From Nemertoderma westbladi (Eukaryota; Animalia; Xenacoelomorpha), in assembly GCA_032718475.1 (NCBI GenBank), contig JAUCBJ010002619.1:24084-88083 (forward strand): DNA of 64,000 bases. Reading direction: 5' to 3'. Numbering within the stretch: position 1 is the first letter of the stretch; the number at the start of each line of letters is the position of its first letter. This document shows positions 38,740 through 50,033 of the stretch, in pieces. Under the pieces are notes generated by a model. It saw only the letters and a list, made by a program, of their open reading frames with translations, made no database searches and was not told the DNA's origin. Position numbers and translations under genes: made by a program.

Positions 38740-39181
38740 CAGTTGGGTTCAGTGGATTTACGTGGGTCTCCACGTTATCTTCCACCTCTTCCATTCCAAT
38801 CTCCCTCGACTCCGCGACGCTACTAAGAATCCCGCCCAACGGAATCGCGTTGCGTAGCGACCGCTCCTGCTCCTTGGCCCTATCTTTATCCTCCTTAGAC
38901 AGGTGCTCGGTGCGAGTCTTAGTGAATATATCCACGTTGTCTGCCGCGAATACCTTGGACTCGTAACCGTTTACAGACTCGCTGCGATCTGTTCTCCACC
39001 CCCAGATCCCGGACTTACATCGCTGGAAGGTGATGGAGTCGGTATCGAGACTGGTGCAGAGAAGCGGGGAGGTTAGTTTCTCTGTGACGTCACACTGACG
39101 GGGTCTGAAAGAATCCCGTTGGAGGTCCGACGCTCTGATCTCCATGCGTTCCAGGTAAACGCAGTTGTGATCGTGGTCAAT
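38740..39181 (-). CDS. ANKRD13: ANKRD13 exon 3
   Basis: Acceptor TTCGCAG|ATT; IDHD..., LTSPL...FQRCKSGIWGWRTDRSESVNGYESKVF...TKTRTEHLS; phase-1 donor CTG|GTATGT. Confidence 0.93.
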
Positions 39182-39848
39182 CTGCGAAGTAATTACCGGT
39201 AAGTGGGGAGGGGGGGGGGGGGGAGTTGCTATTGGATGTCCATCGAGATATATTGTACTAAAAACTTCACATGGATGAAATCCACGTTATTATAAGTGAA
39301 AAAAGTAGATTAATCCTTTGAATTATTATTTAAGATACGCGGCACTTAACATACCGCGTAACGGTATAGATTGAGTGCCATAGTTGATTTATATAACTTC
39401 TATCACTTCCATCATGAAGTTTAATATAAAACAATCAAACCTTATTATGTTTATGTCCCACACTGTGGCCAGCCTGTTATCTGTTCCTCCCTGTTACATC
39501 AAGGGACGAGCATAACGAATATGCAAAACATGATGGAATACTTCGTCACACAGTGTAGGTACTCTCTACTTTGTACACAGTTTTATATTGAGAGAAGTGT
39601 GTCTGTTGTTTTGTAAGACATGTAGTTGGTGTCAGTGAATAATATTTAAAAGTATTTGTGGGGGGGGGGGGGGGGGGGCAATTATACTCAATAGTTTACA
39701 GATAGGGGGCCGTCCAGATTTTGCGTAATTATTATGGATTCTTATGGATTAGCATTGGGGGAATATCTGAGCCTCAGAAAATCGTTTTGCTAACGCTAAT
39801 TATACATTATATTGATACAATAATGTAAATTAATATTTATAAATTAAC

Positions 39849-40002
39849 CTCTAGAAGTTGGGCCCTTTGGGCGTCACCTTGAAACACGTAGCTACGCCAA
39901 CCTCGTTGCCACGAACGACCCTCGAATCCCACCAACGTCGTATCAACCCGGACATTAGATCCCGACTTCCAGATCTTACAGGTATCGCTCGGACAAAGTC
40001 GA
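39849..40002 (-). CDS. ANKRD13: ANKRD13 exon 2 (not in ORF track)
   Basis: Acceptor CTCTTACAG|T; translates RLCPSDTCKIWKSGSNVRVDTTLVGFEGRSWQRGWRSYVFQG; donor GAG|GTTAAT; phases fit both neighbours. Confidence 0.92.
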
Positions 40003-40679
40003 CTGTAAGAGTGAGGGAGATTAACATTATTACTTTACCTACCGGTGGTACCCGGATTTAATATTAAAATAAAATGTGACTGTCCGATGAGTGTGAGCAG
40101 TTATCGGTCTGTCGGTGAAACCCGTGGACGCTAGAGTCAACCCAAATGCTGTCGCCTCTCTCTCCCTCTCTCTTGTCTGCTTTTTTACACGTATGTTATG
40201 TGGCAAGGCAGTGAGTGTACCACACTCAAAATGTTGAACACATAACACACCATAAATAACTATATACAACCCTTATTTTACTCCACCTTCACATATCGAT
40301 GGGTTGACAACTTGACATTGACAACCACATTATGTTTTATGAAATGGTAGCATAAAGTGAATTCACAGGAATTGCACCTGCATTTATTGTTTTTTTATAT
40401 TTTCATAGTTAACTGCATTTATGTTCTTCAATGTTGGAACCGATAGAAAAGTCAAATGAGACTGATTTCAAATAGCCATCTGCATTAGGAAGGGAGTTAA
40501 CTGAACTAAACTGAGCGGCCTTCTCTGTGCTGGCGCTGGGGCGGTCGGATAATGCTGTGGTGCCCTGCCATTGCCATAGGTCTGAATGTATTTAGTGTAG
40601 AATAACTACTGAACTAAATATCAATATTTAAATAAATTTATAAAAAGAGAAAAAAATGAAATATGAACAGCAACTCAAC

Positions 40680-41083
40680 CTGAGTAGAGGAATCCAGCTG
40701 GAGAACTCCCATTTCATTTCTACGTAGAAATCTGGCGCGTCTTTCAGCTGTTCCAGCAGATGTGGAATGGCGTTGAAACGTTGCATCGTGCGCTGGAAGT
40801 CCCGCGCTTCCAGAAGCAGGGCGACCATCTCCGGATCCCCGGTGCTGCACGCCTCCTGCATCACGTTCCAGCCGTTACGGTAGAAGTTCGCGTTCGAGTC
40901 GTACCGCAGCAGAGAACGAGCGCACTCAATGTGGTCGAGACATACGGCGAGCATCAGCGGGGTGCGCCCGCGGGGGTCTACCAACGAGATATCGTGGTCC
41001 GGGGAGCTCAGCAGGCGGTTCAGTTCGCTCAAATCGTTGCGCCATATCGCGAAGTGCAGCGGGAAGTTAAGGCTCGGGTTCAT
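40680..41083 (-). CDS. ANKRD13: ANKRD13 exon 1 (ankyrin repeats and start of the GPCR-chaperone domain)
   Basis: FPLHFAIW.ND, DPRGRTPLMLAV, GWNVMQEACSTGDPEMV, APDFYVEMKWEFSSWIPL; phase-2 donor CAG|GTTGAG. Confidence 0.94.
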
Positions 41084-42672
41084 GGTGCTAGTTCACGCTT
41101 CACTGCAGCACTGCACACTTTGCTCATGTGGCAACGAAACCAATCAGCATTGCAGCGGTAGGGCCGCTCAGCCGCTAGACAACTCGAGTGCTGTAGACAA
41201 CTTTAGGCCTAGTCTGAATGTGAACTACGAACAGACGAACTACCGGGTACGGTACGGTACGGTACTGCGGTAGGCTGCTTATATTTTATTATATTACCAG
41301 ATTAGGCCTACTGCAGTACTGGATTACAGCATACTGTGTTACTGCAGTACTGCTGTACTGTTATTAAATATACCGGTAAATGAAATAAAATTTAAATGTT
41401 ATCTACGGTGGTGATTTCCGGCAATTTACTACTTTTTTAGTATTTTTTTCATTTTTTTCGAAACTAAGTTTTATTTTTAAATAAGTTAAATAAATATATA
41501 ATATAAAAAAAAAAATAAGTTAAATTTTAAAATCAGGTTGGTTTGGTAATGATTTTTCATTATCAAATTTGTGCTACTTGTATTTTTCGTGCCGCGCATT
41601 GACGCATATCCAAAAATCCCAATCAACAAGGTACGATATTTTTATATTTCAGTGTTAAATTCGCGATCAACGTCACAAAACCCTTATTGTCATAAAATCA
41701 AATTGATTTTGTGGTGATTTTTCATTATCATATTTGTATACTACTGTCCTTGTTTTTTTAGTGCCCCAGGGGGTACTTTCAAAATTACCAAATATTTTCT
41801 CGATTGTTATACTTGAGTTCTATAATCGTGATCAGCATCCAAAAAACTGCTATATATCGCAAATAAGTTAATTTTTGTGAGCCATACAGTGTAGGCCAAA
41901 AACAAACGGCTTTAGCACGAAAAATAACATTACAATTACGAGCAATAATAACAAAACAATTATTTCTCCACCTCATATTCAGATTAATATACTGTACTAT
42001 ATGTATATTTATACATAAGCAAAATGTTCTACAATATGATTTATTTATTAAATAATAATATAATATATGGCCTACATACAGTCCCTGACATAGAATGAGA
42101 TAGGGACTGTACATACTGTATAATAGGAAACAAATATGTATATACGTGCACCTTTCGAATGCCCATATCTCAGATATTTTCAAACGAAATTCAGTTTGTC
42201 TTATATATTCGGAATCCTTGTATGGCCAGCTATCCATCACTACAATCCATCACCGGAGACACTTTTCCAAAAGCTTGTAGCTAAAGATTGAAAGCATTAA
42301 TAAAAATTCTGGCTCAACTACGGTATGGTGGATGATATTGCGATGTTGGTGAAAATCTCTCTGTTTCAAAATCCATGCAATCTCATGAAGGTTCCAAATA
42401 TGGAGATGGGGGTGGGGGGGGGGGGGGTGTGTTCCAGATACCTGAATAAAGACACAATATTCCAGGATATGGTGTACGTACACCAGTAATATAAAGTGTC
42501 ACCAATCATACATTATATTTGTATTAAAAAAAAAAATTGGCCCAAAGCGATATCAAGTGACTCCGTAAGATTTTTTCTATGACTCCGTAATATTTTTTCT
42601 ATGACTCCGTAAAATAATTTATAAATTTAAATAATTTATTAATATAAATAATTTTAAAAATGTGATATATAT

Positions 42673-44235
42673 ACTACTACTATACGATCGGTATGCTACT
42701 GTACATTGCAGCTGCATTATATATATATTACACAAATATTAGGAATGCTATGCCGGCTTGTCGACAAAATTGCGCCGCCACAACTCCCTATCACCCATGA
42801 CATTTGCTAGATCATCCGCATCTTCAAGACCAGTGTCCTTTAAGATTAAGATGCGTCTCAAGAAAGTCATGGGCTGTCCAGTCCACCATGCTTATTCGCG
42901 CCATGAGGCCGCCAAGCACAAGATCATGCACTGGCTGGTTATCACGGCGAACGCAATGTCCTGCAAAGCGGAGGCGGTTCCGTTCGAGTGTCAAGCTAGG
43001 GGAGATTAATGGAACACCTCCAATGTTGTATAGATTCTGATTAGAGATTTTTTCATTGCACTTGAACAAGTTCATTGTTGACACAATGTACCCGGCGCAG
43101 CACTCTTGTGAAATGCCATCCAGAGATTTGGTATCCTCTGCAGTTAGAGCCCAGCATGGACTCCCATATAAGAGTACTGGTATTATATAGTAACTGCTGC
43201 CATAAATAATCGACAACCTTAAGGTTCCGTTTTATTCTATGGAACTTCAAAATCCTTGACAGACTATGCCTTCCCCTTACGTATCCGAAGGTCTTCACCA
43301 GACTTTCTGATCCATGATCCCAAGTAGCAGAAGTCATCCACGTGCTCAAGCAAGCCCTCACTGTGAGCTTATGCCCTTACGATCAGACATTTCATGAGGG
43401 CTGTTTAGGTTGACTGTCATGATTTTGGTCTTCTTGGAATTTACAAAACGACCAACGTGCAGAAGAACATAATCAAAAATCAGATAATAGTCAGATGTCT
43501 GTCTTTCTTTTTTGATAACTCTTCGAGTATCCTTCTAAGTGACAGAATAGGCTGCATGTTCCCAGGACCTTTACGGAACCCATTCTGGTTCCCAAGTAAC
43601 AGTCTCTCAGCAGGATCACTGATGCGATTTAATAGAATTCTATTGTATAGCTTTGCATCAATCGAGATCAATTAGATTCCACGAAATTATCCACGGGTTG
43701 TTATGTTGCCCTTCTTTGGGACTGGGACCAACTTACTTGTTTTCAGTTCTTGAGGGACTCTCTTTGTCCTATACATGTACACAATAACGGGGTAAATGAG
43801 CTCCAAACATTTTAAAGACCTTAGATGGCACACCATCTACTCATGGCAGGATTGGATTTGATGCACCTACTACTGTAGCTGTAGTCTTGATTTCAGCAAA
43901 GGAGATGTCACCAATGGGGATATCTGTGAGCACAGTCTCAGATACATGATGTTCCTCAAAGTTATCAGGCAATACCCTGTCATTGATTAGAAGCTTCTCA
44001 AAGTGGTCCTTCCAACCTTTGAAGCGTTCAGCTGGAGATCAGCCTTAACCTTGGTGGTTGGTTGGCTTTTCCTCCCAGTGAGCAGGTTTATTGATTGCCA
44101 TGCCTGGGCTGATTGCCTGCCATTATCAGCATTGTTAAGGGGAGTGGTACAGGCATTGTACTGTACAAGAATGCCTGTACTGCTCCCCTTAATGCCATCA
44201 ATCTGTTTATTGATAAGCTCCTTCAGATGATCAGA
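42673..44235 (-). mobile_element. Degenerate RTE-clade LINE fragment with an internal deletion
   Basis: Fragmented ORFs (KLYNRILLNRI, PVLLYGSPCWALT) homologous to ~54330-56170; (TAG)n tail. Confidence 0.9.
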
Positions 44236-44914
44236 GTACAGTAATTATATCTACTTCGCATTAGTTATAACATATGCATGGCATAAATTTAAAGATAATT
44301 TATCAAAATAAAATTGCGGGGTTATTTTTTTATCCATTTCAATGTGAGCCCCTAAAAAAATGATAGAAACCAAACAAATATAATTATATAATTATTTATT
44401 ATTAGCAAGTCGTAAGACTTGATTACTTTAAGAAAAAAAAGCTACTGACTACTGGCTACTGTCTACTGACTACTGGCTACTGTCTACTGACTATTGGTTA
44501 CTGTCTACTGACTACTGGCTACTAACCTAGAGCAAAACGGCTATAACGATTTTAGCAAGTCGTTAGACTTGATTACTGTAAGAAAAAAGAGCTACTGACT
44601 ACTGGCTACGGACTACTGGCTACTGACCTAGAGCATAAACGGCTCTAACGATTTTGATGAAATTTTGCATGGACCATGAAAATAGATTTCTATGGATACT
44701 TGTGAAATCGCGGTTTAAATTGAAACATCTCAACTTGTTTTATTTCGAAAAATAGCCATAGGCGCAATGATAAAAACACCAGCTGGCACTCATGAAAAAT
44801 GTATAGAGATGGCCTTGTAATGCATTCAATAGGAAGGGCCAACTAACAAATGAGTACCCGGTACTTTCTGTGCCAAGTATTATCACTCTACTCTACAACC
44901 CAGACAGTAAGACA

Positions 44915-46741
44915 GTACTTTTTAATGCTGTATTGTATTCTGGACACTTCCCGCGTGCTTGGACAACTGCATTGGTCACCCCAATTTATAAAAAGAAAGG
45001 CAGCAGCTTAGATACAAACAATTACCGCGGTATATCGTTGCTTAGTACTCTTGGTAAACTGTTTACAACCATATTGAACACACGCTTGTTATGGTGGTCA
45101 GAAGGTCTTGGTATTATTATTGAGTCGCAGGCGGGTTTCCGTCCAGGATATTCCACCTCTGATCACATTTTTGTTCTTCATGGTCTAGTTGAATATTTCA
45201 CATCTGGAAAACACGGTCACAATAAATTATACACAGCCTTTGTGGATTTCAAGAAGGCTTTCGATTCAGTAGATCGCAACGCACTGTGGATCAAACTCAG
45301 CTCACTTGGATTTAAGGGCAAAATATTCGATATTATTAGGGACATGTACAAGTCAGTAAAGGCTAGTGTACGGTGGGATGGGGAGATTTCGGATAGTTTT
45401 GACTGTCTGCTAGGCGTTATGCAGGGAGAATGTTTGTCTCCTATTTTATTTGCTTTATTCTTAAATGATTTGGAACTAGAACTAGCAAGAGGAGGTTTCC
45501 CTGGTCTGGATTTTTCCTATTTCCGTTTATATCTTCTCCTGTACGCGGACGATGCTGTTCTAGTAGCAAATAGCAGAGAAGGTCTTCAATGTGCACTTGA
45601 TATTCTGGGTCCCTATACAGACTACTGGGCTCTTAAGGTTAACTTGGATAAAACAAATATAATTATCTTCCGACGCGGTGGGACCTCTGCAGTACTAGAC
45701 AGATGGACATATAAGGGATGCCCTGTGAAGGTTGTCTCGTCATATACCTATTTAGGGGTTGAGTTCTCTTCCTCAGGAAGCTTCTTTGTCGCACAGAAGT
45801 CCCTTGCATCGAAAGCCAATAAAGCTCTGTTTTCTCTATACAAGTACTTAAGCCATTTTTTGAACATTTCATTTGACCTTCGTATAAAACTATTCTCAAC
45901 TCTTATAATACCAATTTTGAACTACGGTGCAGAAGTTTGGGGTTTTCACGCAGGGAGAGAGATTGAACGAGTCCAACTATCTTTTCTTAAACGCATAATT
46001 GGTGTGAAATCGAGTACACCGAATTTTATGGTATACGGCGAGTCAGGTGTAATTCCATTGGCTGTTTACAGGAAATTTATAATACTGAAGTTTTGGGTTC
46101 GCCTTCTATCATTGTCCAACCATCGCTTAAGTAAACGAATTTATCTTGAACTATACAAAGACGCAACTGCAAGTAGATCCACTGTGAATTGGGCCTCTAG
46201 GGTCAGAGACACGTTAAATGGGTTAGGATTGAGTTGGGCTTGGGAGGTACAAGAGGTTGAGGATCGAAATAGTTTTTTAGGATTAGTCAAACGGATTTTA
46301 TCTGACCAGTTCGTACAGGCCTGGTGGGCAAACATAAACGGGTCACCTAAGGGGAGACTCTACATTAAAGATCGGTTTGGTACAGAACTGTATTTGAACT
46401 CTCTGAAAAGTTTCCCCTCCTTAAAGCTGGCGCTAGCCCGCCTGAGGTGCTCAAGCCACAGGTTGCAAGTGGAGGTAGGCCGGTGGGAGCGACAGGAGCC
46501 TTCCGAGAGATTGTGTCGAATCTGTAACTCTGGAGAAATTGAGGATGAACTTCATTTTTTACTGATTTGTCCCGCATACAGAGAACTAAGAATAGAATTT
46601 ATTAAAATGTATTATCAATTATTTCCATCCGTTTTTAAGTACCGCAAATTATTATCATCCCAGTCCAGATCTGAAGTAAAAAATCTATCTATCTTTATTA
46701 GTAAGGCTACCAAACTTAGAAATACATTGTTATTGCTATAA
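44915..46741 (+). mobile_element. 5'-truncated LINE with an open RT and C-terminal CCHC (RTE-X-like; clade not certain)
   Basis: NYRGISLLS, QAGFR, FVDFKKAFDSV, QGECLSP, LLYADD; RCSSHRL.VEVGRW..CRIC..IEDELHFLLIC. Confidence 0.9.
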
Positions 46742-47964
46742 TCGAATATGTAACTTAACCTATATCAATAAAATTGTAACTACTCAAATCTATGATGTAT
46801 AATATATGTTGTTATTTCTTTATGCATTGTTCATCTGAGAATTGTATTTTTCTTTTTTTTTTATTGGCGCTGGAGCTGACAATGTTTTATGTTTATGTAG
46901 TCCAGTAATCGTGTGCTGTCAACTTATAGCATCAATAATGCTAGTTGTTCTAATATACGTACGACTGTATAGTAAGCAAACATTAACTGGTTTAGCTGCT
47001 GGCTATTACAGTCTCAGCTGAATAACTCTTCCCAATACATCCTTGCTATGTTAATTAATTGGCGTGCAAGCTAAATGACTGTTAATACAGTGTGTTGGCT
47101 ACACAGAGTATTGTACTATGCTCTCAGCGAATTATTGTTTTATTTTAAAATCTTGTTATGACACATTTTTAAAATGATTTGACTTTTATCTTAAAAGGTG
47201 TCATGATTGATATTCTTCATATTTTTTTAATTTAAAAAAATTAAATTTTTAAAAATTAAAAAAAAATTTAAATTAAAAATTTTTTTTTTAATTTAAAAAA
47301 AATAATAATTTTTGAAAATTAAAAAATGAAAAAAATATTTATTTTTCTGAACTATATCATATATATTATTATATTCCATGGTCTATTTATGGTACCGGTA
47401 TAATCTATATGACTTATTTATGATAATCTGCAAAGTATTTATCAAGAGCCCTGGATATAAACTGTGATTGAATGATAAAAATATGTTATTGTAATACTAA
47501 AATGCAATATAGCTTCATTATTGCAGAATTGCCACAATAATCCACCAGGATGCTAGTACAGGAACAATCATCATTCCCATTATTCTATTTACGAAATGCA
47601 ATTACGTAATTCACCAACATGAAGAATACCAGGTTTTCACTTTTCACTTTTCAGTCATGTATTTATTTATTTTCAAAGTAGATTATTACAGTGGAAAGCT
47701 TGACAGGGAAATAAAATCTGATTGGTTGGTATTCTCTAGGGCTACTCATTCAAACCTCTGCCATATCATACTGTATCCTACTGTTACAATCAACCTGCTT
47801 TTAATAAGCAGCCTGCTTTCTCTGAAAAGGAGCTCATCACTGATTGGTTGAATTCCAACCTCTAACTCAAACTCCAGATCACTTTTTTAAATAAAACGGG
47901 TAGTATAGTGTCCTAAGCGATGGATAAACACTGCTAGAATAACCTAAACTTGAATCATCCCCAT

Positions 47965-48026
47965 TGGCAGCCATTAACAACAGGACGTACTGTATATATA
48001 CACGTCCTTATGGCCCAAAGGGTTAA
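47965..48026. mobile_element. Single piggyBac-like MITE terminus
   Basis: GGACGT..ATATA..ACGTCC hairpin followed by AAAGGG|TTAA; partner end not found. Confidence 0.4.
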
Positions 48027-48639
48027 TCGCGGTTTACATTGAAACATATCAACTTGTTTTATTTATTACAAAAATAAGAACGAATTTGTCTTATCACTTC
48101 TTGTGCGCGATTGTATTGAATTCATGACAACTGCTGTTATTATTATTAATCAATTGACACCTCGACTCCTCTCTGAGACTCCGACTACTCTATCTGATAG
48201 AATAAAATAATCATTTCGCTAACTGCTCTCTATCTTCTATAATCACAACAGCTTTTATAATTCATTAGATGATTACAACATAATAATTATAGTTTGAAGT
48301 TGTCTAGAAAATCTTTTGTACACCACTGGGACTACCCTCACACTAATTTATTATCAGACAGAACAAAAAGCTTTTACTTGACTCGTACTATCGTCTCCTG
48401 CGACTTGCTTCACGGGCCGCTAGGCCCGTCTCTAGTTATATACTTGGGAAAAAAAGTAGAACTGTTTATTAACTATTCTCGCGGCAAAGGGTTTAACAAG
48501 CGACAGGGTCGAGAGACTTTTCCGTTGCTGAATTATTTAAATACAATATATAATAATATATAGTGTTGCAAAATAAATTGAACTGCATTATTTTACTATA
48601 TTTATATTATTATTATTATTCTTTATTCCAGAAAATTAA

Positions 48640-50033
48640 TTCCATAAAATATACATTAATATTAAAATACATACGACCGGTAATAATTAGCACAACGATA
48701 TTGTTATTATTATATACTTAATTTGCACTGTAATAGACTAGGAAAAATTTGTGAATCAGTTCTAGAATGACGGATATACACAAGAATATCATTGTTTGAC
48801 ATATCAATCCTTCTAAATAAGCTAATGATTGAAAATCTACGTATATGATGAAATCCACTATTACCCAGACTGACTAGCATATTACTCGCACTATAGCTAT
48901 TATCGTATTTAAAACCAAATAAACGACGCACTGTGGTATTATATGCCACTCTAAGTCGATCAAGAGTTGATTTAGAAAAATATGTGTCAGCCCATAAGGA
49001 ATTACAGTAAATTCCACTGCAAAAGCTGATAAACAGGTGTTTCTTTACACTGTGACTCTGCACTTACTGAAATTCCTAAGAAGTGAGTTAGCGCGAGCAT
49101 AAAAACATCTGATCTGGTTACGGATATCGATATCATCAGCAAAGTCACTACTAATATAATGGCATAAATATTTATATTTATTAACTATTTCTAGAGCAAC
49201 ATTATTAAGCTTAATTTGTACACTAGAAACAAAATTGCGATGCGACTACAATGAAAGTAAACACACTTAGATTTTTTGTATTGAAAGTTAGATTATTGCA
49301 GTTGGAATAGGATGCACACAGATAATTAATTTTTGCAGAGCAGTAGGTGATGTCGAAATAAGGCAAATATCGTTGGCATAAAAGAAGTGATTAATGCAGA
49401 CGTGATGAAGTCTAGATCCTATACCAGTATTAGTTAGCTGCGTACTAAGATTATTGGTGTATACATTAAAGAAATAGGGGCTCAGAATTCCACCTTGTCT
49501 TACACCATTTGTACAGTTAAATGATGGAGCAGATAGGTATCCATCCCATAGAACCCTAACAGTTTGATTCACGTACCAAAAACAAATAATTCTCAAAATA
49601 TATGGTGGTACACATCTATCAAAAAGTTTATCAAATAATTTAGAATACGATACAGTATCGAATGCCTTTGAGGCATCTAAGAATGATATGTATACATTGG
49701 AACCATTACGTAAATAGTAGTTAATGAGTTCCTTAATTGAATACACACATAATTCCATGCCTAAGTGTCGTTTATAACCAAACTTATTGTCATTAGTTAC
49801 CAGCTTATAACGAATGCGTTCTAGAATAATAATTTTAAAAAGTTTGCCCATGATAGAGGACAATGCTATTGGGCGATAGTTAGTGCGGTCAGTTACCAGG
49901 CCACTACTATCTTTAATTACAGGCACAAGATTAGATTCTATAATAGACAAAGGTAAAAAACCGTGGATAAAATAGCATGAATATAAAAAACTTATAAAAA
50001 TATTTAATCTACGTGGAGCATACAATATATATA
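48640..50033 (-). mobile_element. Degenerate LINE: RT and 3' part
   Basis: NYRPIALSS, FLDASKAFDTV, GVRQGGILSP, YAND(D), LRVAYN; stops and frameshifts. Confidence 0.88.

Larger units (their letters stand above)
18303..38761. repeat. 31-bp satellite (TTACTTACCAGTTGGGTTCAGTGGGTT[A/T]ACT), roughly 500+ copies, filling ANKRD13 intron 3 and derived from the exon 3/donor junction
   Basis: Reverse complement GT[T/A]AACCCACTGAACCCAACTG|GTAAGTAAA versus the exon 3 end GTAAATCCACTGAACCCAACTG|GTATGTAAA. Confidence 0.98.
44402..48436 (+). mobile_element. Helentron-associated (HINE/DINE-1-like) non-autonomous element with a duplicated head and nested insertions
   Basis: SubTIR AGCAAGTCG (44404, 44554) / CGACTTGCT (48401); 5' hairpin CAAGTC-GTAA-GACTTG; microsatellite; 3' stem-loop ACGGGCC-GCTA-GGCCCGT. 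Confidence 0.65.

Noticed and set aside
1-38761. CRISPR array interpretation of the 29-bp and 31-bp repeats
   Set aside because: Units are contiguous with no unique spacers, there are no cas genes, and the context is eukaryotic
18404-38857. Dozens of + strand ORFs (LLYLPVGFSG/TSWVQWV repeats) resembling membrane proteins
   Set aside because: They are translations of the 31-bp satellite cycling through three frames, mostly with non-ATG starts
40628-41273. Overlapping antisense ORFs on ANKRD13 exon 1, and the intron read-through tail RLSCCSYF...
   Set aside because: Shadow ORFs of GC-rich coding sequence; homology continues in exon 2 after the donor at 40680
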